Source of the DNA: Halothiobacillaceae bacterium
Lineage (GTDB): Bacteria; Pseudomonadota; Gammaproteobacteria; Halothiobacillales; Halothiobacillaceae
Reading direction: 5' to 3'
Assembly (NCBI GenBank): GCA_006212015.1
Contig: SDAY01000002.1
Span: forward strand, 10,457 to 74,456
Length of the DNA: 64,000 nt
The notes beneath the pieces were generated by a model. The model saw only the letters and a program-made list of their open reading frames with translations, made no database searches and was not told the origin of the DNA. The translations under genes and the position numbers were made by a program. Of the stretch, positions 19,749 to 29,192 are shown in pieces; position 1 is the first letter of the stretch, and every line of letters starts with the position of its first letter.

Positions 19749-20504
19749 TCAGGTGTAGAAGCTGGAGGCGAGCGTACCCATCAGCAGCGCCCAGCCATCG
19801 ACCAGCACGAACAGCATGAGCTTGAAGGGCAGGGAGACGATCATGGGCGAGAGCATCATCATGCCCATCGACATCAGGGTGCTGGCGACGACCAGATCGA
19901 TGATCAGGAAGGGGATGAAGATCAGGAAGCCGATGGTGAAGGCCGTCTTGAGCTCCGAGGTCAGGAACGCGGCCATCAGGGTGGTGAACGGCACCTGATC
20001 CGGGGATTCGAACGAATCCTTGCCGGCGATCCGGCCGAACAGGGCGATGTCCTCCTCGCGGGTCTGCCTGAGCATGAACTCGCGCAAGGGTTTGGCCGCC
20101 GCCTCGAGCGCGGGCTTGGCCTCGACCTGCTCGTTCAGGTAAGGCGCGACGCCATCCGTCCAGGAACGCTCGAACACCGGCGCCATGATGAACAGGGTCA
20201 GGAACAGCGCCAGTCCCAGCAGGATCTGGTTGGACGGGGTCTGCGCGGTGCCAAGCGCCTGACGCAGGATGGCCAGCACGATGATGATGCGGGTGAACGA
20301 GGTCATCATCAGCAAGGCGGAGGGCAGCAGGGTCAGCACCGTCATCAGCGCCAGCACCTGCAGGGTCAGCGAATAGCCTTGCCCGCCGTCCGCCAGTTCC
20401 TTGACGGTGACCACCGGCAGGCCGGGCTCGGCGAAGGCCAGCACCGGCAGCAGCGGCACCAGGAACAGCAGCCAGCGCAGGGCCTTGATCGCCTGGCTCA
20501 TCAA
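19749..20504 (-). CDS. fliP: flagellar export apparatus protein FliP
   Basis: 251 aa with conserved FliP motifs (TSFTRIIIVLAILRQALG, FLIPFLIIDLVVAS). Confidence 0.95.
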   Translation of the reverse strand: MMSQAIKALRWLLFLVPLLPVLAFAEPGLPVVTVKELADGGQGYSLTLQVLALMTVLTLLPSALLMMTSFTRIIIVLAILRQALGTAQTPSNQILLGLALFLTLFIMAPVFERSWTDGVAPYLNEQVEAKPALEAAAKPLREFMLRQTREEDIALFGRIAGKDSFESPDQVPFTTLMAAFLTSELKTAFTIGFLIFIPFLIIDLVVASTLMSMGMMMLSPMIVSLPFKLMLFVLVDGWALLMGTLASSFYT

Positions 20505-20974
20505 CGTTCGCTCCGCAGGGTCACTTCATCCAGGGCCTGGCCGAAGGCCGCATCCGAGCGGACGGGCTTCAGGCCTGCATCCATCAGCGCATCGGAAGGC
20601 TCCGCGTGCGCCTCGGCCTCATCGGTCGGCGGCAGGTGCAGCAGAGGCTCGATCCGCCCGCTGGATACGCCGAGCACAAGCTGATGGCCGTCCACCTCGA
20701 TCCACACCACCCGCTCGCGCGGGCCGACGGCGAGGCTGCCCTGCACCTTCATGGCCTGCTGGCGGCCGGCACGCGGCAATCCACCGACGCGCTTGAGCAC
20801 GGCGAGCAGAATGAACAGCAGCAGCAGGACACCCAGCAGGCTCAGGGTGAGCTTGATCAGATAGCGACCCGCCAAAGGGTCCGTGCCGACCTTGGGCAGG
20901 GCCTCTTCCGCCCACAGCGCAAGCGGAGCAGCCGTGAAGAACAAGGCCGCGCCGATGCGCGCAAGCCAGCTCAC
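20501..20974 (-). CDS. fliO: flagellar protein FliO
   Basis: 157 aa with a single TM segment (LSLLGVLLLLFILLAVL) and the motif LAVGPRERVVWIEV. ATGA overlaps with both fliN and fliP. Confidence 0.7.
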   Translation of the reverse strand: MSWLARIGAALFFTAAPLALWAEEALPKVGTDPLAGRYLIKLTLSLLGVLLLLFILLAVLKRVGGLPRAGRQQAMKVQGSLAVGPRERVVWIEVDGHQLVLGVSSGRIEPLLHLPPTDEAEAHAEPSDALMDAGLKPVRSDAAFGQALDEVTLRSER

Positions 20975-21372
20975 TTGAGCCTCCGCACGCGCTCGGACGG
21001 GCTGATGACATCGGTCAGGCGGATGCCGAACTTCTCGTTCACCACCACCACCTCGCCATGCGCGATCAAGGTGCCGTTGACCAGCACGTCCAGCGGTTCA
21101 CCCGCCAGGCGATCCAGTTCGACGATCGAACCCTGGTTCAAATGCAGCAGGTTGCGGATCGGGATCTGGGTCCGGCCGATTTCAAGCGACAGGGACACCG
21201 GGATATCGAGAATGACCTCAAGGTTGACATCGGGATTGCCGGTCAGGCCGGCATCATCACCCAGGGCGCGCGGCTGGACCGATGACGCGGCGGGCTTTCC
21301 TGCCCCCGCCTGTTCGGCCATGGCGGCCGCCCAGTCGTCCATGCCGTCCGCTGCGTCGTTATCAGTGGCCAT
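20971..21372 (-). CDS. fliN: flagellar motor switch protein FliN
   Basis: C-terminal SpoA/FliN domain (LEVILDIPVSLSLEIGRTQIPIRNLLHLNQGSIVELD...VNGTLIAHGEVVVV). The start was re-set to the ATG at 21372 (GGAG 9 nt upstream); the track ORF start at 21426 overlaps fliM. Confidence 0.9.
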   Translation of the reverse strand: MATDNDAADGMDDWAAAMAEQAGAGKPAASSVQPRALGDDAGLTGNPDVNLEVILDIPVSLSLEIGRTQIPIRNLLHLNQGSIVELDRLAGEPLDVLVNGTLIAHGEVVVVNEKFGIRLTDVISPSERVRRLK

Positions 21373-22375
21373 CGTGTTGGGCTCCATGTTTGGAATCGTG
21401 GTGTTCTTCGGGCTGGATGATTTCACTGATCTTCACCGCCGTATTGCCGCGATGCACGCCCCATTGTCCGCGAAAGATCGGCGCGCCCTCGACCGTCAGT
21501 TCGACCGATGCGGGCATGTCGATCGGAATGATGTCGCCGGGCTTCATGTGCATCAGGTCATACAGGCTGAGCTGGGCCTCGCCAAGACTGGCATGGATCT
21601 TCAGCGGCGCGCTGCCCAGCTCGCGCTTGAGCGAACGCGACCAGCGCACATCGATCTCGTCGCGGTCGCTCTGCACCCCGGCATCCAGCAGGCCGCGGAT
21701 CGGCTCGATCATGTTGTAGGGGATGGCCAGGTGAAACTGCCCGCCCCCCCCCTCGAGTTCGATCCGGAACGCGCATACCGCCACCACTTCGCTCGGCGCG
21801 ACGATGTTGGCCAGCTGCGGATTCATTTCGTGGCTGACCTGCTGGAACTGGACAGGCAACACCGCCTGCCAGGCCTTCTGCATCTCATCGAAGGCGATCT
21901 GCAGCACGCGCGTGATCACACGCAGTTCGGTGGGAGTGAACTCGCGTCCCTCGATCTTGGCGTGCCTCCCGCTGCCGCCGAAGAAGTTGTCCACCAGGGT
22001 GTAGACAAGACGTGATTCCATCATGAACACGCTCACGCCCTTGAGCGGCTTCATGTGCACGATGGTCAGGCTGGTCGGAACAAACAGGCTGTGCACCCAC
22101 TCGCCGTACTTGTTCATCTTCACGCCTTCGATCGAGATCTCGACCGTGCGGCGCAACATGCTGACCAGGCGGATGCGGAACGCACGGGCAAAGCGCTCGT
22201 TGATCATCTCCAGGGTCGGAAGACGACCACGAACGATGCGCTCCTGACTGGCGAAGTTGTAGGCATGGACCCCCCTGCCACGCGGCGCGACACCGGCATC
22301 GGTCTCGACCTCGCCGCCATCGACCCCGGTCAGGAGGGCATCGATTTCAGCCTGGGATAGGATGTCCATGGCCAT
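21362..22375 (-). CDS. fliM: flagellar motor switch protein FliM
   Basis: 337 aa with an N-terminal CheY-P binding motif (ILSQAEIDALL), a middle FliM domain and a C-terminal SpoA domain. Confidence 0.95.
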   Translation of the reverse strand: MAMDILSQAEIDALLTGVDGGEVETDAGVAPRGRGVHAYNFASQERIVRGRLPTLEMINERFARAFRIRLVSMLRRTVEISIEGVKMNKYGEWVHSLFVPTSLTIVHMKPLKGVSVFMMESRLVYTLVDNFFGGSGRHAKIEGREFTPTELRVITRVLQIAFDEMQKAWQAVLPVQFQQVSHEMNPQLANIVAPSEVVAVCAFRIELEGGGGQFHLAIPYNMIEPIRGLLDAGVQSDRDEIDVRWSRSLKRELGSAPLKIHASLGEAQLSLYDLMHMKPGDIIPIDMPASVELTVEGAPIFRGQWGVHRGNTAVKISEIIQPEEHHDSKHGAQHDGH

Positions 22376-22387
22376 GTCCGTTCGCCC

Positions 22388-22966
22388 TTACTGCATCACG
22401 AAGTTGGTGAACAGGAGGTCTTCGATGTCTTCCGGATCGACCGTGTCGGTCATGCTGCCCATCACCTTGCGGACCTCCTCGAGCGCATGCAGGCGCAGTT
22501 GCTCGCGGCCCTGGGCAGTCTTGATCTCGGCCGATTTCTGCTGACTGAACAGGGCGCCCAGCTTGGACTTGAGCAGCGGCATGTGGGTCTTGATGGCGCC
22601 TTCCACGGCCGGATCCGAAATCAGCACCTGAACCTCGACCTGCAGGTAATCGGCCTCGCTGGTCTCGGCCAGATTGACGGTGAACGGGGCCTTCTCCTCG
22701 CCGATCAGCACGTAGGTCGGCGCGGCATGCGCCTTGTCCTTCTTCTCTTTCTTCGGCTTCTTGTGTTCGCCCTCTTCCGCATGCCCCTCAGCATCGGCCA
22801 CCTGTGCGGCGCCCTGCGGGGTCAGCTTGCCGCTCAGGAACAGGTAGGCCCCGCCGCCCAGCACGCCGCCCAGCAGCAGAATCACGACAATCAGCAAAAT
22901 CACCACCAGCTTGCTGCCGCCCGATTTCTTTTCGACCGCTTCTTCGGTCTTCTTCGCTTCGGCCAT
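22388..22966 (-). CDS. fliL: flagellar basal-body-associated protein FliL
   Basis: Single TM segment (KLVVILLIVVILLLGGVLGG) plus a FliL domain (APTYVLIGEEKAPFTVNL). The start was re-set to the ATG at 22966 (AAGGAG 8 nt upstream). Confidence 0.85.
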   Translation of the reverse strand: MAEAKKTEEAVEKKSGGSKLVVILLIVVILLLGGVLGGGAYLFLSGKLTPQGAAQVADAEGHAEEGEHKKPKKEKKDKAHAAPTYVLIGEEKAPFTVNLAETSEADYLQVEVQVLISDPAVEGAIKTHMPLLKSKLGALFSQQKSAEIKTAQGREQLRLHALEEVRKVMGSMTDTVDPEDIEDLLFTNFVMQ

Positions 22967-23030
22967 GGCCCCTGCTCCTTCGAATCGAGTTGAAATGAGT
23001 GATCGAAACAATCCTTCCCGAGTGTATCAA

Positions 23031-23048
23031 TGCATCAAGGAGGCCCCA
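23031..23048 (-). promoter_or_regulatory. sigma-54-like -24/-12 promoter for the fliL operon
   Basis: Minus-sense GGGGCCTCCTTGATGCA has GG (23045-23044) and GC (23033-23032) at the canonical spacing. It lies 66 nt upstream of the fliL ATG. This is a motif match only. Confidence 0.3.
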
Positions 23049-23053
23049 ACCCT

Positions 23054-23977
23054 TCAGGCCGCGGACATGCTGGCGCGACGTTCGCGCTTGTCTGCATACA
23101 GCGCCGCGTCGGCCTGCTCGACCAAGGCAGTAACATCGGTATCCGCCCGCCAATGCGCAAGCCCCATGCTGCTGCGCGGTTCGACATGCAGGTCACCGTG
23201 GACCATGGGTGCGTTGGCCATGGCCTCACGCAGACGCTGCACGAGCCGGGCCGCCCCATCATGGCCTGTTTCAGGCATCAGCACCGCGAATTCGTCACCG
23301 CCAAAGCGGAACACCATGTCGCTTGTCCGGGCCGTCGCCTTGATCACGGCGGCAAAATGACGCAACAGCGCATCGCCAACGACATGACCGTGAGTGTCAT
23401 TGACCGACTTGAATCCATCCATGTCGAGGATCAGCAGGGACAGTTCGCCGCCATACCGTTCGACCCGGGCCAGTTCACGCTGGATGGATTCATCAAAGGA
23501 TTTTCGATTGCCCACCCCGGTCAAGCCATCGATCGAGGCCATGAGCAGGGTGTCCTGATAAAGCAGTCCGTTACGAAGCGGGTAAAGCAGGTAGGCAAGC
23601 AGGTCCTCGAAGACGTGCAGTTCATACTCCGCGAAGGGGCGATCACGCATCAGCACCATCTCGCCCAGCCCTTCGTCATTCAGGCGCAGGCTGTATTCGG
23701 CATGGTGCGGCGCCTCTTCGCCCCAAGCGAACGGTGGGTCACCCGCTGCACGCATGAAGCGCAGCCCATCGAACGGAAAGGCATCCCCTGCGATCCCGGC
23801 AAAGAGACTGAACATGGCGTGCACATCCAGCGTGCTCGGCAGCTGACGCGCCAGACGCATGATGGCTTGCTGGCGTCGCAGCTCAAGCTCGGCCATGGCG
23901 CGAGAGGTGCGCAGGGCATGCAGGTCACGGACCGGCATGGGGCGGCGCAAGGCGGCGGATGTCATGTTCAGGCTCAT
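23054..23977 (-). CDS. diguanylate cyclase (N-terminal GAF-like sensor, GGDEF with I-site)
   Basis: Intact GGDEF motif with RxxD five residues upstream (ARTSDMVFRFGGDEFAVL), plus GLTGVGNRKSF and ILDMDGFKSVND. The start was re-set to the ATG at 23977 (AGGAGG 7 nt upstream). Confidence 0.85.
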   Translation of the reverse strand: MSLNMTSAALRRPMPVRDLHALRTSRAMAELELRRQQAIMRLARQLPSTLDVHAMFSLFAGIAGDAFPFDGLRFMRAAGDPPFAWGEEAPHHAEYSLRLNDEGLGEMVLMRDRPFAEYELHVFEDLLAYLLYPLRNGLLYQDTLLMASIDGLTGVGNRKSFDESIQRELARVERYGGELSLLILDMDGFKSVNDTHGHVVGDALLRHFAAVIKATARTSDMVFRFGGDEFAVLMPETGHDGAARLVQRLREAMANAPMVHGDLHVEPRSSMGLAHWRADTDVTALVEQADAALYADKRERRASMSAA

Positions 23978-24148
23978 GGGAGACCTCCTGGAATCAACGC
24001 ACCATGAAGTGCGCAGGAGGTTATTAGCGAATCCCATGCCAAAGAATGAATATCCAGCCATAACAGCGTGTTACAAGAAGATCAGCGACTGAAGAACATC
24101 CTGGGAAAAGCCCCGACAAGGGTTCGTCAATAAAATGGCGACCGCCTC

Positions 24149-24835
24149 TCAGCGCGGCCTGGGCTTTTCCGCCACCCGGTCGCGCAGGTAGACCGGCTGG
24201 GCCTGTTCCGCCGGCAGCAGCCCGCCATGCGCGGCCAGCTGGCCACCGATCAAGGCAACGTCATGCGCGCGGGGAAGAAGGTTCGGGTCGCGACCGGACT
24301 CGACCGCGCCACAACGCGAGCGCAGCGCCTCGTCATAGGCCGCCCAGCCAGGGCCCGCGGCGAACCAGCGGCCTCCCTCCGGACAGGGGACGTCAGCCGG
24401 CGCCACGACCCGCTCGGCATCCACCGCCTGGACATCCCCCAAACCCCGCACCCGCCAGCCCCCCCAATAGACCTCATGCATGCGCGCATCAAGCGCGGTC
24501 AGGACATGCTCGGCGCCATGCAGCCGCCATGCGGCATGCGCCAGGGCAGCGAGGCTGGACACCGGCACGACCGGCAAGCCCGCGCCAAAGGCCAGCCCCT
24601 GGGTGACGCCCGCCGCAATCCGCAGACCGGTGAATGCCCCGGGGCCACGGGCGAACGCGATCCCGTCCAGTTGCTCCAGACGCAACGCGGTGGCCGCCAG
24701 CAAACGCCCGACCATCGGCAGGATAAGCTCGGTATGGCGGCGTGGCGCGAGGGCATACTCCTCCAGCACCTTGCCGTCGATCAGCAATGCGGCGGAACAG
24801 GCCTCGGTGGAGGTGTCGATGGCGAGGAGTTTCAT
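24149..24835 (-). CDS. tsaB: tRNA t6A37 biosynthesis protein TsaB (YeaZ)
   Basis: MKLLAIDTSTEACSAALL... and GPGAFTGLRIAAGVTQGLA; 228 aa. Confidence 0.85.
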   Translation of the reverse strand: MKLLAIDTSTEACSAALLIDGKVLEEYALAPRRHTELILPMVGRLLAATALRLEQLDGIAFARGPGAFTGLRIAAGVTQGLAFGAGLPVVPVSSLAALAHAAWRLHGAEHVLTALDARMHEVYWGGWRVRGLGDVQAVDAERVVAPADVPCPEGGRWFAAGPGWAAYDEALRSRCGAVESGRDPNLLPRAHDVALIGGQLAAHGGLLPAEQAQPVYLRDRVAEKPRPR

Positions 24836-24858
24836 CGCGCAGAACCCGGAAAGATGAA

Positions 24859-24878
24859 GGGGCGCATTGTAGCGCCCC
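24859..24878 (-). terminator. possible weak terminator after pgi
   Basis: GGGGCGC-N6-GCGCCCC stem. The minus-sense tail TTCATCTTTCC is T-poor. Confidence 0.35.
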
Positions 24879-24904
24879 CGGCATAAGGTGTCCCTGAGGT
24901 GAAA

Positions 24905-26551
24905 TCAGGGGTGCATCATGCCCTTGACCATGTTGATCAGGGCATTGGTGGAACCGTCATAGGCCGTCACCGCGCCCTCTTCGGACAAGCGCGGAAGGAT
25001 GCTGCTGGCCATCTGCTTGCCCAGCTCCACGCCCCACTGGTCGAAGGAGTTGAGGCGCCAGAGGATGCCCTGGCAGAAGATCTTGTGCTCGTACAGGGCG
25101 ACCAGCATGCCCAGGGTGTAGGGCGTGTGATCCCGCATGAGGATGGTGTTGCTGGGCTTGTTGCCGGGAATGACCTTGTGCGGGGCCAGCATCGCAATGG
25201 TCGAATCATCCGCGCCCTGGGCGCGCATCTCCGCTTCCACTTCGTCGAGCTGGCGCCCCCACATCAGCGCGCGGGTCTGGGCGAACATGTTGGCCAGCAG
25301 CATGGCGTGCTGGTCGCGCACCGGGTTGTGGGTGTTGGCGGCGATGATGAAGTCGGCCGGGATCAGGCGGGTGCCCTGGTGCATCAGTTCGAAGAAGGCA
25401 TGCTGGCCGTTGGTGCCATTCCCTCCCCACAGCACGGCGCCGGTCGCGTAGTCGACCGCCTGGCCGTCACGGTCGACCGACTTGCCGTTGCTCTCCATGT
25501 CGGCCTGCTGGAGATAGGCGGGGAGGGAGCGCAGGCGGGTGCCATAGGGCAGCACCGCCTGGCTTTCCGCGCCGAAGAAGTTGGCGTACCAGATGCCCAG
25601 CAAGGCCATGATCACCGGCATGTTGCATTTCAGCGGCGCCTCGTGGAAATGGCGGTCCATGGCGTGGGCGCCTTCGAGCATCTTCTCGAAATGATCGAAG
25701 CCGACATGAACGGCGATGGACAGGCCGATGGAGGACCACAACGAGTAGCGCCCGCCGACCCAGTCCCAGAACTCGAACATGTTCTCCGGGGCGATGCCGA
25801 AGGCGCTGACCGCCTTCAGGTTGGTGGACACGGCGACGAAGTGCCTGGCCACATGCCCCTCGTCCCTGGCCTTGGCCAGGAACCACTCGCGCGCGGTGTG
25901 CGCGTTGGCCATGGTTTCCTGGGTGGTGAAGGTCTTGGAGGCGACGATGAACAGCGTGGTCTCCGGGTCGAGCCCCTTGAGCGTGCTGATGATGTCGGAC
26001 GGCGCGACATTGGAGACAAAGTGCGCGCGCAGGTCGGCGCGCGCGTACGAGGCCAGCGCCTCGCACACCATCTTCGGCCCGAGATCCGACCCGCCGACGC
26101 CAATGTTGACCACATCGGTGATGGCCTTGCCGGTGTAACCGGTCCAGTCGCCCTTGCGCACGGCCCTGGAGAACTTCTCCATCCGCTTGAGCACGGCGTT
26201 CACCTCGGGCATCACGTCCTCGCCGTCGACGAAGATCGGGCTGTTGCTGCGGTTGCGCAGCGCGGTATGCAGCACGGCGCGGCCTTCGGTGAAGTTGATC
26301 TTCTCGCCAGCGAACATCTTCTCGCGCCACTCCTCCAGCCCGGACTCGCGCGCGAGCTGGATCAGCAGTTTCATGGTCTCGTCGGTGACGCGGTTCTTGG
26401 AGTAGTCAAGGAACAGCTCGCCCGCGCGCAGCGTGAATCGCTCGAAGCGCTCGCCATCGCTGGAGAACATCTCGCGCATGTGCAGCGCGCCAATGTCGGC
26501 TTGATGGGCTTGCAGTGCCTTCCAGGCGGGCAGTTCGGTCGGACGTGTCAT
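24905..26551 (-). CDS. pgi: glucose-6-phosphate isomerase
   Basis: 548 aa with PGI signatures ([32 protein letters not shown]). The start was re-set to the ATG at 26551 (GAGGAG upstream). Confidence 0.95.
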   Translation of the reverse strand: MTRPTELPAWKALQAHQADIGALHMREMFSSDGERFERFTLRAGELFLDYSKNRVTDETMKLLIQLARESGLEEWREKMFAGEKINFTEGRAVLHTALRNRSNSPIFVDGEDVMPEVNAVLKRMEKFSRAVRKGDWTGYTGKAITDVVNIGVGGSDLGPKMVCEALASYARADLRAHFVSNVAPSDIISTLKGLDPETTLFIVASKTFTTQETMANAHTAREWFLAKARDEGHVARHFVAVSTNLKAVSAFGIAPENMFEFWDWVGGRYSLWSSIGLSIAVHVGFDHFEKMLEGAHAMDRHFHEAPLKCNMPVIMALLGIWYANFFGAESQAVLPYGTRLRSLPAYLQQADMESNGKSVDRDGQAVDYATGAVLWGGNGTNGQHAFFELMHQGTRLIPADFIIAANTHNPVRDQHAMLLANMFAQTRALMWGRQLDEVEAEMRAQGADDSTIAMLAPHKVIPGNKPSNTILMRDHTPYTLGMLVALYEHKIFCQGILWRLNSFDQWGVELGKQMASSILPRLSEEGAVTAYDGSTNALINMVKGMMHP

Positions 26552-26612
26552 GGGCTCCTCGCGCACATCGGTTGGGTTTGAAGGATGAAGAAAAACTGAT
26601 TGAAATCTTGAC

Positions 26613-28118
26613 TCAAAGCGCGTTGCGCCAGACATGGTCGTCCTGGTCGAACAGGCGGGAGGATTCCTCCGGCCCCCAGCTGCCCGCCGGGTAGGTGTGG
26701 ATGAAGTCGCGCTCCTGCGCCCACACCTTGAGCACCGGGTCGACCACGCGCCAGGCCCACTCCACCTCGTCGTAACGCAGGAACAGCGACTGGTCGCCGT
26801 TCATCACGTCGAGCAGCAGGGCCTCGTAGGCGCCCAGGCGCGCGGCCTCGCTCTCGCAATAGGTCGCGTCCAGCTGGGTGGTGGTGGCGCGCAGCTCCAG
26901 CCCCTCGCGCTTGGTCTGCACCTCAAGGCGCAGGCTGTCGCAGGGCTGGATGCCCAGCAGCAGCCAGTTCGGCTTGAGCTGCTCGATCGGCGTCTCGCGG
27001 AACAGCTGCTGCGGCGGATGGCGGAAGCGGATGCTGACCATCGAGGAACCCTCCGGCAGGCGCTTGCCGGTGCGGATGTAGAACGGCACCCCGCGCCAGC
27101 GCCAGTTGTCGATATACAGCTTGAGCGCGGCATAGGTCTCGGTGGTGCTGTGCGGCGACACGCCCTCCTCTTCCAGATAACCCGGCACCGGCTTGCCGCG
27201 CACCATGCCGCGCGTGTACTGGGCGCGGAAGGCATGGGCATGCACCGCGCGCGGCGGAATCGGGCGGATCGAGCGCAGCACCTTGACCTTCTCGTCGCGC
27301 AGGGCCTCGGCCTCCAGGCAGGCTGGCGGCTCCATCGCCACCAGGGTCAGCATCTGCAACAGATGACTCTGGATCATGTCCCGCAGCGCCCCGGCCTGGT
27401 CGTAATACCCGGCGCGGCGGGCGATGCCCTTGTCCTCAGAGTGCGTGATCTGCACATGGTCGATGTAGTTGCGGTTCAGCAACGGTTCGAGGAACAGGTT
27501 GGCGAAACGGAACACGAGGATGTTCTGGATCGTCGACTTGCCGAGGTAATGGTCGATGCGGAAGATCTGCTTCTCGGTGAAAAAGCGATGCAGGCGCGCA
27601 TCCAGCATCCTGGCGCTTTCCAGGTCGTAGCCGAACGGCTTTTCCACCACCAGGCGGCGCCAGCCGGCGGATTCCTCATGCAGGCCGGACTCGCCCAGGC
27701 GCTCGCTCACCACGCTGTACAGGTCGGGCGCGATGGCGAGGTAGAAGATCAGGTTGGTGGAGCCGCCTTCTTCGAGAAGGCGGGCCCGCAGGCGCTGGTA
27801 ATCCTCGGCCGCCTGCAGGTCGCCCTCGACAAAGCGCAGGCGCCCCAGGAAACGTCCGAGCACATCGTCCTGGATGGTGGTCTTGAGCTGCTCGCGCAGG
27901 CTTGCCGCCACATCCTCGCGCCAGTCGGCGTCACTCCAGGCGCGCCGGCCGAAACCGACGATGGTCATCGATGCCGCCAGACGACCATGGCGATCCAGGT
28001 TGTAGAGCGCGGGCAGCAGCTTGTTGACCGCGAGGTTGCCGGTCGCCCCGAAGATCACGAAGGCGCAGGGATGGGCCAGGCCGCTCGGCCCGCCCGATGA
28101 CGCAATTCCACCGGGCAT
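26613..28118 (-). CDS. zwf: glucose-6-phosphate 1-dehydrogenase
   Basis: [19 protein letters not shown], the RIDHYLGK active-site motif and the C-terminal domain. The start was re-set to the ATG at 28118, 6 nt after the gnd stop; the track ORF carries a 94-codon spurious extension. Confidence 0.95.
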   Translation of the reverse strand: MPGGIASSGGPSGLAHPCAFVIFGATGNLAVNKLLPALYNLDRHGRLAASMTIVGFGRRAWSDADWREDVAASLREQLKTTIQDDVLGRFLGRLRFVEGDLQAAEDYQRLRARLLEEGGSTNLIFYLAIAPDLYSVVSERLGESGLHEESAGWRRLVVEKPFGYDLESARMLDARLHRFFTEKQIFRIDHYLGKSTIQNILVFRFANLFLEPLLNRNYIDHVQITHSEDKGIARRAGYYDQAGALRDMIQSHLLQMLTLVAMEPPACLEAEALRDEKVKVLRSIRPIPPRAVHAHAFRAQYTRGMVRGKPVPGYLEEEGVSPHSTTETYAALKLYIDNWRWRGVPFYIRTGKRLPEGSSMVSIRFRHPPQQLFRETPIEQLKPNWLLLGIQPCDSLRLEVQTKREGLELRATTTQLDATYCESEAARLGAYEALLLDVMNGDQSLFLRYDEVEWAWRVVDPVLKVWAQERDFIHTYPAGSWGPEESSRLFDQDDHVWRNAL

Positions 28119-28123
28119 GATGA

Positions 28124-29035
28124 TCACTCCGCCTTGATGGCGTGACCGCCAAAGCCCCGGCGCATGACCGCCAGCAGCTTGTTGCCGTAATCCGCGTTGC
28201 CCTGGCTTGCGAACCGCATGTGCATGGCCAGCGAGATGACCGGCGCGGCGACGCCAAGGTCGATGGCCTCCTTGGCCGTCCAGCGGCCCTCGCCGGAGTC
28301 GGACACATAGGGCGCGATGGCCTCCAGCTGCTGGTCGCTCGCCAGCGCCTCTGCGGTCAAATCGAGCAGCCAGCTCTGCACCACGGAGCCGTGACGCCAC
28401 ATTTCGGTGACCTCGGCGAGGTCGATGTCGAACGGATCCTTGGCCTTGAGCAGGGCCAGGCCCTCGGCCAGCGCCTGCATCATGCCGTACTCGATGCCAT
28501 TGTGGACCATCTTGGTGTAGTGCCCGGAACCCAGCGGGCCGACATGCGCCCAGCCCCGGTCATGCGCGGGGGCCAGCGCCTTGAGCACCGGCTCGATGCG
28601 CGCGCCGTCCTCATCGCTGCCACCGGCCATCACGCAGTAACCGTTCTTCAGCCCCCACACCCCGCCGGACACGCCCACGTCCATGAAATGCACGCCGGTC
28701 GGGGCGATGCGCTCGCCGCGCCGCTGGGTGTCCTGGTAGAAGGCGTTGGCGCCATCCACCAGCAGGTCACCCTTCGACAGGCGCGGCAGGATGGCCTCGA
28801 TGGCCGCCTCGGTGGGCTCGCCGCAGGGCAGCATCAGCCAGACGATGCGTGGCGCGGGCAGCTGTTCGAGAAACTCCTCGATCGAATAGGCCGGCAGGAA
28901 ACCCGCGCCCTCGGCACGCAGCTCGTCCACCGGGCCGGGGCTGCGATTCAGCCCCACCACCTCGATGCCGGAACGCACCAGGCGACGGGTCATGTTGGCA
29001 CCCATCCGGCCCAGACCATAGATTCCTACACGCAT
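28124..29035 (-). CDS. gnd: 6-phosphogluconate dehydrogenase, short (about 300 aa, YqeC/GntZ-like) form
   Basis: MRVGIYGLGRMGANMTRRL Rossmann fold, then DGANAFYQDT...GVSGGVWG and GSGHYTKMVHNGIEYG. The start was re-set to the ATG at 29035 (GGGAGA upstream). Confidence 0.85.
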   Translation of the reverse strand: MRVGIYGLGRMGANMTRRLVRSGIEVVGLNRSPGPVDELRAEGAGFLPAYSIEEFLEQLPAPRIVWLMLPCGEPTEAAIEAILPRLSKGDLLVDGANAFYQDTQRRGERIAPTGVHFMDVGVSGGVWGLKNGYCVMAGGSDEDGARIEPVLKALAPAHDRGWAHVGPLGSGHYTKMVHNGIEYGMMQALAEGLALLKAKDPFDIDLAEVTEMWRHGSVVQSWLLDLTAEALASDQQLEAIAPYVSDSGEGRWTAKEAIDLGVAAPVISLAMHMRFASQGNADYGNKLLAVMRRGFGGHAIKAE

Positions 29036-29057
29036 GCTGTTTCTCCCTGTCGAAATC

Positions 29058-29082
29058 ATGTTTGAACACAGGTTCCAAACAT
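29058..29082. promoter_or_regulatory. palindromic operator candidate in the gnd/ppc divergent region
   Basis: ATGTTTGAAC-ACAG-GTT(C)CAAACAT: 10-bp arms with one extra base. It lies 23 nt upstream of the gnd ATG and about 30 nt upstream of a TATAAT box facing ppc. Confidence 0.35.
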
Positions 29083-29112
29083 ACACCTACGCGAAGCGCA
29101 CGGCATTCTGGC

Positions 29113-29118
29113 TATAAT
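29113..29118 (+). promoter_or_regulatory. perfect TATAAT -10 hexamer facing ppc
   Basis: TATAAT lies 75 nt upstream of the ppc ATG. No good -35 element is seen (CGCGAA). Confidence 0.3.
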
Positions 29119-29192
29119 GCGGGACCTTTGTGAACAAATGATGCGACGCTCGCCCTTCACGCGGCGCCCAGCTGAACCACGGTAAGAAGCCC

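Noticed and set aside
24899-26581. 560-aa plus-strand ORF opposite pgi (similar cases: 29973-31883 opposite ppc, 32211-33794 opposite ggt, 58545-60206 opposite typA, 61244-62458 opposite lysC, 52882-54117 opposite htpG)
   Set aside because: Each lies exactly antisense to a gene with strong family signatures, and each translation is low-complexity Gly/Ala/Arg/His/Asp-rich. None has an RBS-spaced start.
26552-28400. Long N-terminal extensions of track ORFs (for example zwf +94 codons, fleQ +49, panC +47, ParP-like +54, Nudix +41, secA +37, argJ +30, pgi +28, GGDEF +28, cheZ +27, flhA +24)
   Set aside because: The extensions overlap upstream genes or repeats and are Arg/Gly-rich. Each contains an internal ATG with a Shine-Dalgarno sequence or ATGA coupling that restores the canonical family N-terminus. 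They are not evidence of fusions or novel domains.
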